This document shows, in pieces, positions 25,157 through 32,000 of a DNA stretch of 32,000 nt. Origin of the DNA: Pseudodesulfovibrio piezophilus C1TLV30 (lineage in GTDB: Bacteria > Desulfobacterota > Desulfovibrionia > Desulfovibrionales > Desulfovibrionaceae); assembly GCF_000341895.1 (NCBI RefSeq), contig NC_020409.1:3392411-3424410 (forward strand), read 5' to 3'. The translations under genes and the position numbers were made by a program. The notes beneath the pieces are model-generated. The model was given only the letters and a program-made list of their open reading frames with translations. It was not told the DNA's origin and did not search any database. Every line of letters begins with the position of its first letter. The first letter of the stretch is position 1.

Positions 25157-27013
25157 ATGAGTGATCAAACGGAAACGATGGAAATGCCACGCGCCGAGAT
25201 GGAAACCGATATCGTCTGTGTTGGCTTTGGCCCGGCTGCCGGCGGGTTTCTGACGACTCTGACGCGTGGACTGATGAATGACGACGGGACGCCTGTGGCT
25301 GAGTCCAAAGCAATGCCTGGTATGCCGCCTCAGGTTATCTGCTATGAGCGTGCGGATGACATCGGTTTTGGTGTCTCCGGTGTCGTGACAAAAGGCCGTT
25401 CCATCAAGGCAAGTTTTCCGGATCTTGATCTTTCTCAAATCCCCATGGCCCATGAGGTGACCGAGGAAAAGATTCTTTACCTGAAGGACCCCGTGGGGGC
25501 CAGTCGCCGTCCGACTGCTTTCAAGGTGGCCGACTCGTTGTTGGGGCGGTGGATGAAAGACGATGCATATGAATTGCCATATATTCCATCTTTTCTCGAA
25601 AAACATCCGGGCATGATTTTTTCTCTTGGCCAACTCAATCAGTGGGTCGGCAGTAATCTGATGTGTACAGGAATGGCCCAGATATGGCCTTCGAGTCCGG
25701 TGGCGCAACCGCTTATGGATGGCAAGGCCGTCAAGGGGGTGCGCATGGTTGATCAGGGTGTGGAGAAAGATGGAACTCCCGGTGGTGGATTCATGCCCGG
25801 TATGGATATGAAAGCTGCGCTGACAGTCATTGCGGATGGTCCGGTCGGTCCGGTTGGGCAGTCTCTTGATCAAGAGCTCGGTCTTCCTGAAGGTCATCAC
25901 CAACGAGAGTGGGCCGTCGGTATGAAATGCGTGGTGGACCTGCCCGAAGGGTGTGACTGGAAGCCAGGGACGGTGTTGCATACCATTGGCTATCCTGAGC
26001 CTGAAATTTTTGGATTTTTGTATGTCTATCCCGGTAATGTGGCTTCTTTGGGAATCTTTGTTCCGTCCTGGTTCGACAATCCGGTTCGGACCGCATATCG
26101 GTACATGCAGCATTGGATGCTCCACCCGTATTTATGGAAACGGCTCAAAGGCGGCACCATGCGTTCTTGGGGGGCAAAGACCTTGGCTGAATCAGGCAAG
26201 GCCGGAGAACCTTTTCTCGTTGGTGACGGGTTTGCCCGCATCGGTGAAGGGTCCGGTTCCACGAATGTGTTGACCGGCTCCGGGGTGGATGAGGCGTGGG
26301 CCACTGGGGTTCAACTCGGCGAGGCCGTGTTGGACCTGCTCAAGGAAGGCAAGGACTTTTCTCGCGAAAACCTTGAAGCGACATATGTTGCCAAACGCCG
26401 AGCTTCGTGGGTGGAAGCGGAGGCCAGGGTTGCGGAGAAGTCCCGAGACGGCTTTACCAAGGGCGTGCTTCGCGGCTTCCTGGGCATGGGGTTAACCGGT
26501 CTGACCAATGGAATGTTTTCCATGCCTGGAAAATCAGTTAAGCCGCAGGATCGCATCCCGACCATTGAAAAGTATTACAAGGGGTATATAGACGAAGACG
26601 AGATTCAGGAGATTCGTTCCGAGTGTACCCGAAAGGGGAGCAGTCTTCATGATGCTCTCATGGACCGTGTGGGGTGGCCTGAAATCCCGTTGGACGGAAC
26701 TTTACTGGTCTCGCATCAGGATGCCTTGCTTATGGGGGGCAAGGTGCAGGCCAATCATGGCTATGGTGATCATGTTCGATTTGCCGACCTCCAAACCTGT
26801 CGGACCTGTCGGGAACAGGTGTGTGTCGAAGCGTGTTCCGGGCAGGCCATTTATACCAACCCTGAAGGTGGTACGCCTCTTTTTGATCGGGAAAAATGTG
26901 TCCACTGTGGTGCGTGTATGTGGAATTGCAGCAAGTCCGATCCCAAGGGTACGGAGAGGACGAATGTGAAGTTCCGTGCCGGTTCCGGCGGGCTGCATTC
27001 TGTCGAGAATTAG
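25157..27013 (+). CDS. Electron-transfer flavoprotein:quinone oxidoreductase (ETF-QO / FixCX-like) with C-terminal Fe-S domain
   Basis: FAD dinucleotide fold DIVCVGFGPAAGG. The C-terminus has CRTCREQVCVEAC and CVHCGACMWNC clusters and an ETF-QO-like tail (FRAGSGGLHS). GGAGG lies 8 nt upstream of ATG 25157; alternative is ATG 25109. Confidence 0.85.
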   Translation: MSDQTETMEMPRAEMETDIVCVGFGPAAGGFLTTLTRGLMNDDGTPVAESKAMPGMPPQVICYERADDIGFGVSGVVTKGRSIKASFPDLDLSQIPMAHEVTEEKILYLKDPVGASRRPTAFKVADSLLGRWMKDDAYELPYIPSFLEKHPGMIFSLGQLNQWVGSNLMCTGMAQIWPSSPVAQPLMDGKAVKGVRMVDQGVEKDGTPGGGFMPGMDMKAALTVIADGPVGPVGQSLDQELGLPEGHHQREWAVGMKCVVDLPEGCDWKPGTVLHTIGYPEPEIFGFLYVYPGNVASLGIFVPSWFDNPVRTAYRYMQHWMLHPYLWKRLKGGTMRSWGAKTLAESGKAGEPFLVGDGFARIGEGSGSTNVLTGSGVDEAWATGVQLGEAVLDLLKEGKDFSRENLEATYVAKRRASWVEAEARVAEKSRDGFTKGVLRGFLGMGLTGLTNGMFSMPGKSVKPQDRIPTIEKYYKGYIDEDEIQEIRSECTRKGSSLHDALMDRVGWPEIPLDGTLLVSHQDALLMGGKVQANHGYGDHVRFADLQTCRTCREQVCVEACSGQAIYTNPEGGTPLFDREKCVHCGACMWNCSKSDPKGTERTNVKFRAGSGGLHSVEN

Positions 27014-27226
27014 TTTATAGGCAAAGTCTCTGTCTGTGCCCCGCCCCTGGCACTGCGTCATCTTTGTGATGATCTTTCAGTCTGTGGTGGGATGCTCAAG
27101 GCAGATGACCGAGTTGACGTTATAGAAATGAAAGACGATGCGTGATGAAGTGTCACTCGATTCGTTTTCGAATGACGGCGCGGGGAAGCCAGTGCGCTGT
27201 CTATGAATTCCAAGGAGAAAAATAGT

Positions 27227-28036
27227 ATGAGCACCGATTTTCACATCGTGGTCTGCGGTTCCATTGTCCCGGACCCGCTTCAGACGCTCACCCCTCAGGA
27301 TGGCCCCACCGGGCCGGTTTTGCAGAATGAAATGATGCTTCCGGCTGTGCTTGACCCTTGGGCCGGGCACGCTTTGTATGAAGCCGCCAATCTGGCCGCA
27401 AAGAATCCCGGCAGTCAGGTCTGGCTGGTGAGTCTTGGTCCCAAGGCCAAGTTGCAGCAGGTCATGATGGCTGTTTCTCAGAAAGCGCCATTTCAGCTTG
27501 TCGTGGCAGACGGGTCTGCATCCGGTTTTATGGATAGCTACGAAACTGCTCAAGCCCTGGCTGACACCATTGATGGCATTGACGGTCTGGATAAATCAAA
27601 AATGTTGCTTTTCGGTGGCTGGCAGTCTGCTTCTCGCGGTTCTGGCGCGGTCATGCAGATGATTGGAGAACTGCTTGGTGTGACTGAGCAGTTTCAGGGA
27701 GTGGACAAGGTCACTGTCGGCGACGATGGTTCCATTGAAGTTCTGGAGCGAGTGGAAGGCGGTGCCTACCAAAAATCAGTGGTAGATGCCGCTCCCGCTG
27801 TTTTCGGATGGGCCACTGGCGAACTTCCCGAGCCTCCCAATAATCCGCAGATTGGCATGCAGAACATGCAGAGAAACATGCCAGCCTTGCAGCAGGCGAA
27901 AGCAGCTGATGTTTTCGCCTCTTCGTTGAAGTTTGAAGCCGTTGAAGTTCCGCAGCAGCGCCGTGAGACTCGGGTGGTCAAGGATGCTTCGGTCGAAGAT
28001 ATGGCCAAAGAAATTGCTGAATGGCTCAAGGCCTAG
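27227..28036 (+). CDS. etfB: Electron transfer flavoprotein beta-subunit-like protein (divergent)
   Basis: ETF-beta-like layout: HIVVCGSIVPDP in place of the usual ILVCIKQVPD, GELLGVTEQFQGVDKV, and the C-terminal arm. AAGGAG lies 9 nt before ATG 27227. EtfA starts 9 nt after its stop. Confidence 0.75.
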   Translation: MSTDFHIVVCGSIVPDPLQTLTPQDGPTGPVLQNEMMLPAVLDPWAGHALYEAANLAAKNPGSQVWLVSLGPKAKLQQVMMAVSQKAPFQLVVADGSASGFMDSYETAQALADTIDGIDGLDKSKMLLFGGWQSASRGSGAVMQMIGELLGVTEQFQGVDKVTVGDDGSIEVLERVEGGAYQKSVVDAAPAVFGWATGELPEPPNNPQIGMQNMQRNMPALQQAKAADVFASSLKFEAVEVPQQRRETRVVKDASVEDMAKEIAEWLKA

Positions 28037-28045
28037 GGAGTAAGC

Positions 28046-29059
28046 ATGAGCACAATACTGTATATTGCACACACTGAATGCGATGGCACTTTGAGCAAAG
28101 TTGCCCTTGAGACCTTGTCTGCTGCCAAATCCCTGGCAGACGGAATGGATGCCGAGTTGGCTGTGGGGCTTGTCGGGGCAGATATCGTGGCTGCAGCCGA
28201 TTCCATCGCTGCCTGTGGCGGCACTTTTTACGGCGTCACCGGTCCTGAGTTTAACGATGGTGTGTATTCTTCCGATCTCGCTGCTATCGAAGCTCTTGCC
28301 AAGGAATGCGCTCCTGAGATTGTTATCGGTCCGGCAACCTCTCGGTACAGCCGGGCATTACCAGGGCTGGCCATCCGCCTGGGCGGGCGTGTCGATACTC
28401 ATCTCTCCGGTCTGGAGGCCGTGGATGGCAAACCTGTTGCCAAACGTTGGTTTTATCGCCAGCGTATGGAAGGAACTCTGACCCGTGAGGAGCGTCCCTG
28501 GGTTTTGACTTTGGATTCCGGCTGTGCCGTTGCATTTGATGGTGCCGGATCAGCTGAGGTCACAGTTGTCTCTGTGGATGTTTCCGGTGTGCGGACGAAA
28601 TCCTTGGGAATGGAGTGCGTATCAGAAGACCAACAGACCATTCGTCCCGATGCCGAATTGCTGTTTGTGACCGGTGCAGGTTGGACCAAAAAACAAGCTG
28701 ACGGACAGGTCCATGTGGATGTAGCGGAAGAGACCATCAAGAACTTCCTGGGTGTGACAAAGTCATCACTTGGGTCCTCCAAGTCTTTGGTTGATATATC
28801 CGGTGAAGGTGGTGCGGTCATTTCCTTTCTCACCCATATGCATCAGGTTGGGCAGACTGGCTCGTCTCCTCGTCACCCCAAAGGGCTTGCCACATGTTGC
28901 CATGGTGAGGAACCACATGTGGTTGGTTGGCGTTTCATCAAGGAACGTCGTGCCATTAATACCGATGCCGGTTGTGGCTGGGCACAGGGCAAGTGCGATG
29001 TCCTCTACGTTGGTGATGCCTTTGAGATAATGAAAAAGGTCAATGAATTGATTGGTTAA
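28046..29059 (+). CDS. etfA: Electron transfer flavoprotein alpha-subunit-like protein (divergent FAD-binding signature)
   Basis: ETF-alpha layout, with LGSSKSLVD (compare GASRAAVD), QVGQTG, and RAINTD...VLYVGDAFEIM (compare VAINKD...YGIVGDLFEVV). Confidence 0.75.
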   Translation: MSTILYIAHTECDGTLSKVALETLSAAKSLADGMDAELAVGLVGADIVAAADSIAACGGTFYGVTGPEFNDGVYSSDLAAIEALAKECAPEIVIGPATSRYSRALPGLAIRLGGRVDTHLSGLEAVDGKPVAKRWFYRQRMEGTLTREERPWVLTLDSGCAVAFDGAGSAEVTVVSVDVSGVRTKSLGMECVSEDQQTIRPDAELLFVTGAGWTKKQADGQVHVDVAEETIKNFLGVTKSSLGSSKSLVDISGEGGAVISFLTHMHQVGQTGSSPRHPKGLATCCHGEEPHVVGWRFIKERRAINTDAGCGWAQGKCDVLYVGDAFEIMKKVNELIG

Positions 29060-29081
29060 TTCGAATATACGACAGACAAAA

Positions 29082-29116
29082 GGCCACCTTCACTTCATGT
29101 GTGGGTGGCTTTATTG
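29082..29116. terminator. Bidirectional rho-independent terminator between convergent etfA and the hybrid kinase gene
   Basis: GGCCACC-(15 nt)-GGTGGCT is followed by TTTATT on the plus strand. It is preceded by CAAAA, which reads TTTTG on the minus strand. Confidence 0.6.
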
Positions 29117-29140
29117 TGCCTCAGCAAGAAAAAGAGTGCG

Positions 29141-31276
29141 TCATGATATGTGCCGCATGACACTGGATACTGCGCGAAGCAATTCATCGGCTTCATATGG
29201 TTTGGTGACAACCATTTCCATACCGGCATCAAGGAAGCGTTTTTTATCTGCCGATCTGGCGAAAGCGGTCAGGCCGATGACCGGGAGATCGTTAGGAACA
29301 TTTTCCACAGCCCCGCTTCTGATGATTTCTGTAGCCTGGATACCATTGATAACAGGCATTTGAACATCCATGAGTACCAAGTCGTAGTGGCCTCGGCTCA
29401 GGGCATCAATGGCCTGTTGTCCGTTGCCGACTGTTGTCACGGAGTGTCCTGCTTTCCTGAGTAGTCGGGATGCCATGATGGAATTGACCTGTTCGTCTTC
29501 CGCCAATAGAATCTTCAGGGGACATGGAAGTTTCGTACACACGGCCTCGGAGTGTCCTTCTGCAATGATTTGGAAAGGGAGGCTTAGGGTAAAAATACTC
29601 CCTGCGCCAGGAATGCTTTCAAGGTGGATCATGCCTCCGAGGAGCCTGGCAAGTTGTCGGGATATGGATAAGCCCAGACCTGTTCCGCCGTATTGCTTGG
29701 TCAGGTAATCTTCCCCTAATGTGAAGCTGTCGAAGATGGCCGTGTGTTGATCCGATGGAATCCCGATCCCGGTGTCGGAAACCGAGAAAAGAATTGTCTG
29801 TGTCTCCGAGATGTTCTCGGGAGAACTCTCTCCCCGTTTCATGGTCAACTTGACCTCACCGGTATCCGTAAACTTGATGGCATTGAGAAGCAGATTGATC
29901 AATATCTGCCGAAGTTTGCTTGCATCTCCATAGACTCTTTCCGGCATGTCATCCGCTTTTTCAAGGATAAGCCTGAGTGACTTTGCCGTGGCGTTACTCA
30001 TCAGGGAGTCGATCAGTTCAGTGACGGTCTCAACGAGATTAAATTTAGAATTAATGGCTTCAAGCACTCCGGTTTCCACGCTAGACAGGGAGAGCAGGTC
30101 GTTGAGAACTTTTGTCAGATGACGCCCGGCGTCCATGGACAGAGAAAGATACTCCTGCTGCGCGGGGGTGAGATGGGTCCCCATGAGTATTTGGGTCATG
30201 CCCAGAATCCCATTGAGGGGAGTCCTGAGTTCATGGCTCATGTTGGCAAGAAAGTGACTTTTTGCCTCATTGGCTTTTCGCGCTGCATGGCCTGTTTTCA
30301 GAAGCTCAGTTTCAAGACGATTGCGCTGGAGCGTCCGCCACGCGGTTTCCATGAGCAGAGACAGGCAAAGAACATCATCATCAGTATAATCTTCTGCTTT
30401 GTTGGCAACGCCAACAACCATGGTTATATGCCCGAGATCGATCACAGGGAGGCTCATGAGTCTATGCATAGGGACATGGCCGCTGGGCAGGTCCAGCTTG
30501 TTTTCCATCCCATGGTAGTCATTGACGATGAGAGGGCCTCTTGTCTGCACTGTCGTGCCTAGAAGCCCGGCGTGGGTCACTTTGCAGAAAGTGTTTGGCT
30601 CGGGAATGGTACAGTCTGCCTGGACCCGTGAAGACCAAGCATGAACCGCCAGTTCCGTCTCATTCTGATTGACGAGAAAGATGGACCCGTATGCGCTGAG
30701 AGTGAATCGGACACCGTATTCAAGGGCGAGTTGCATAACGGTCTCGTCCGGTACATCCTCCTGACGCATCAATTTATTGAGTGCGTCAAGATACTCACAC
30801 TGTCCGTCATTTTTCTCTTTTGTCTCGGTGGGGATTTTTTCGCGAGCTATCGTTATCCACGTTATTTGACCATTGATTGTTTCAAGGTAGGTTTGAACAT
30901 CCACATGCAGTATGGCTCCGTCACGGGTTTGATAGGTCCGTTGGCATCGGGCAACGCCTTCCCGCTCCATAGTCTGGTGGTGTATCGCCGGGAATCCGAG
31001 GTGTGTCTCTATGGTAGAAAGAGGCATTCCTTCGAGTTCCGGGTAGGTATACCCGAGGCGTTCACATGCTGTTTTGTTACAACCAAGGATAGGCACACAC
31101 AGATCCCCGTGGTGAGGGATCGGAGGATGGACCAATACTATATCTCTGGTATGAAAACGCATCAGGTGATGAGGAAGAGGGAAGGAAGACATGGGCTGAT
31201 GTGGCTCTGTTGACATGGGAAACTCTTCAACGGGCGGGCATGTGCCCAGGTGATGTCTTATCATGTTTGGTGACAT
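29141..31276 (-). CDS. Hybrid sensor histidine kinase / response regulator (PAS-GAF-HisKA-HATPase-REC)
   Basis: H-box FLANMSHELRTPLNG; N box LLLNAIKFT; G boxes DTGIGI and GGTGLGLSI; C-terminal REC domain (KILLAEDEQVN...DLVLMDVQMPVINGI...GLTA). PAS-like and GAF-like segments lie upstream. The start is either 31276 (50-nt overlap with the upstream RR gene) or ATG 31216. Confidence 0.85.
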   Translation of the reverse strand: MSPNMIRHHLGTCPPVEEFPMSTEPHQPMSSFPLPHHLMRFHTRDIVLVHPPIPHHGDLCVPILGCNKTACERLGYTYPELEGMPLSTIETHLGFPAIHHQTMEREGVARCQRTYQTRDGAILHVDVQTYLETINGQITWITIAREKIPTETKEKNDGQCEYLDALNKLMRQEDVPDETVMQLALEYGVRFTLSAYGSIFLVNQNETELAVHAWSSRVQADCTIPEPNTFCKVTHAGLLGTTVQTRGPLIVNDYHGMENKLDLPSGHVPMHRLMSLPVIDLGHITMVVGVANKAEDYTDDDVLCLSLLMETAWRTLQRNRLETELLKTGHAARKANEAKSHFLANMSHELRTPLNGILGMTQILMGTHLTPAQQEYLSLSMDAGRHLTKVLNDLLSLSSVETGVLEAINSKFNLVETVTELIDSLMSNATAKSLRLILEKADDMPERVYGDASKLRQILINLLLNAIKFTDTGEVKLTMKRGESSPENISETQTILFSVSDTGIGIPSDQHTAIFDSFTLGEDYLTKQYGGTGLGLSISRQLARLLGGMIHLESIPGAGSIFTLSLPFQIIAEGHSEAVCTKLPCPLKILLAEDEQVNSIMASRLLRKAGHSVTTVGNGQQAIDALSRGHYDLVLMDVQMPVINGIQATEIIRSGAVENVPNDLPVIGLTAFARSADKKRFLDAGMEMVVTKPYEADELLRAVSSVMRHIS

Positions 31277-31790
31277 GATGAGCGACGCAATTCAGAAGAC
31301 TTGATTTACTGACAGGCTTGGCAAGGTAGTCAGTGCATCCAGCCTTGAGGCATCGCTCCTGGTCTTCTTTAAATGTATTGGCCGTGACTGCTACTATCGG
31401 AACGAGAGAGTTCCCTTGTTCCTGTTCGAAACCGCGTATTTGTCGAGTTGCATCGTATCCATCCATGACGGGCATCTGGATATCCATCAGAACAAGATCA
31501 TATGATGTCTTTTTGAAAAGAGCGACAGCCTGTTCGCCATCCAGGGCAAAGTCGAGTTGACATGACGTGGGCTTGAAATAAAGCTCCATGAGTGCCTGAT
31601 TGCTTTCTGAATCCTCGGCTACCAATATGGAATATGGGTGGCCTGATAATGCGGTTATGGCCGCTTCAGGTCCGATTCTCGACTTCACGAAATGCTCCTT
31701 GACCAATCTTGGGAATTTCGCACAGCGCGGGTGGCGTGGCCTCAGTTTTTTCGATGCCTGCAAAGGGGCTGAGTCCCCTTCTACAGACAT
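31227..31790 (-). CDS. Single-domain response regulator (REC) with a ~50-aa basic N-terminal leader
   Basis: SILVAEDSESNQ...DLVLMDIQMPVMDGY...VAVTANT...DYLAKP are standard receiver-domain blocks. ATG 31790 is preferred over the TTG at 31823, which has no SD. Confidence 0.8.
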   Translation of the reverse strand: MSVEGDSAPLQASKKLRPRHPRCAKFPRLVKEHFVKSRIGPEAAITALSGHPYSILVAEDSESNQALMELYFKPTSCQLDFALDGEQAVALFKKTSYDLVLMDIQMPVMDGYDATRQIRGFEQEQGNSLVPIVAVTANTFKEDQERCLKAGCTDYLAKPVSKSSLLNCVAHHVTKHDKTSPGHMPAR

Positions 31791-31903
31791 CGTCTTCTCG
31801 GAGCCACCCCAAGCTTTAGCCAAAGGGAGTGGGAGTCCTGTCCGAGTATCATTTCAAACTATGGCACAATCCCGGAAGTATATCCAGGCATTGCCAAATC
31901 GCA

Positions 31904-32000
31904 TCAGAAGGTCAACTGCTTCCAGCCATCCTTGATCATTTCCGTCACGGGCGTTCCGACATAGACGACGTTGAGGTCCAAAGCCTCCAACGAAGCTGTT
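31904..32000 (-). CDS. 3' end of an unidentified gene (last 32 codons, ...TASLEALDLNVVYVGTPVTEMIKDGWKQLTF*)
   Basis: Hand translation shows an open frame from the window edge to TGA at 31906..31904. It is too short to assign a family. Confidence 0.3.
   Translation of the reverse strand, partial: TASLEALDLNVVYVGTPVTEMIKDGWKQLTF

Noticed and set aside
25133-26125. 330-aa antisense ORF inside the ETF-QO gene
   Set aside because: Same reasoning. The plus-strand product has FAD and Fe-S motifs, and the antisense product is Arg/His/Thr-rich junk.
27048-27062. TGGCAC-TGCGT-CATC in the ETF-QO/etfB spacer
   Set aside because: It lacks the -12 TTGC/GC element.
1-32000. Defence island, mobile element, CRISPR or prophage content
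   Set aside because: No direct-repeat/spacer array and no transposase, integrase, recombinase or phage structural genes were seen. There are no toxin-antitoxin-sized gene pairs, and no nuclease, helicase or methylase clusters. There are no tRNA integration sites or flanking long inverted or direct repeats. Gene content is housekeeping, motility, chemotaxis and redox metabolism.

Overview
This window reads as ordinary core chromosome of a Desulfovibrio-type anaerobic deltaproteobacterium. That assignment is an inference from a DcrH-like MCP-hemerythrin, a split purH, a sigma-54 promoter and ETF/ACAD redox genes. It is gene-dense, with about 25 genes. Left to right: flgC (partial) and flgB (-); a consensus sigma-54 promoter and a small TPR protein; a stand-alone IMP cyclohydrolase (N-half of purH); hflX; an orphan sulfotransferase; a CDF metal exporter (-); plsY (-); an RNase II-family exoribonuclease (-); a SemiSWEET; a stand-alone AICAR transformylase (C-half of purH, -); two tandem methyl-accepting chemotaxis proteins, the second ending in a hemerythrin domain; a small hypothetical; purA; holB; a GNAT; a 1277-aa helical/pentapeptide-repeat/class-I adenylate cyclase fusion (-); a four-gene oversized ACAD / ETF-QO / EtfB / EtfA module; and a hybrid PAS-GAF histidine kinase, a response regulator and a partial ORF (-). 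I saw no rRNA, tRNA, CRISPR array, transposase, integrase, prophage or recognisable defence genes, so this is not an accessory island. The two best candidates for something new sit back to back around a shared 274-bp control region. One is the cyclase fusion. The other is the orphan ACAD-ETF-ETFQO module, whose EtfA has a Cys/His-rich replacement of the FAD-binding signature. I cannot tell from sequence alone whether either is already catalogued. CDS coordinates come from the ORF track with start codons re-picked by eye. Coordinates of hairpins, promoters and palindromes are hand-counted and may be off by 1-2 nt.
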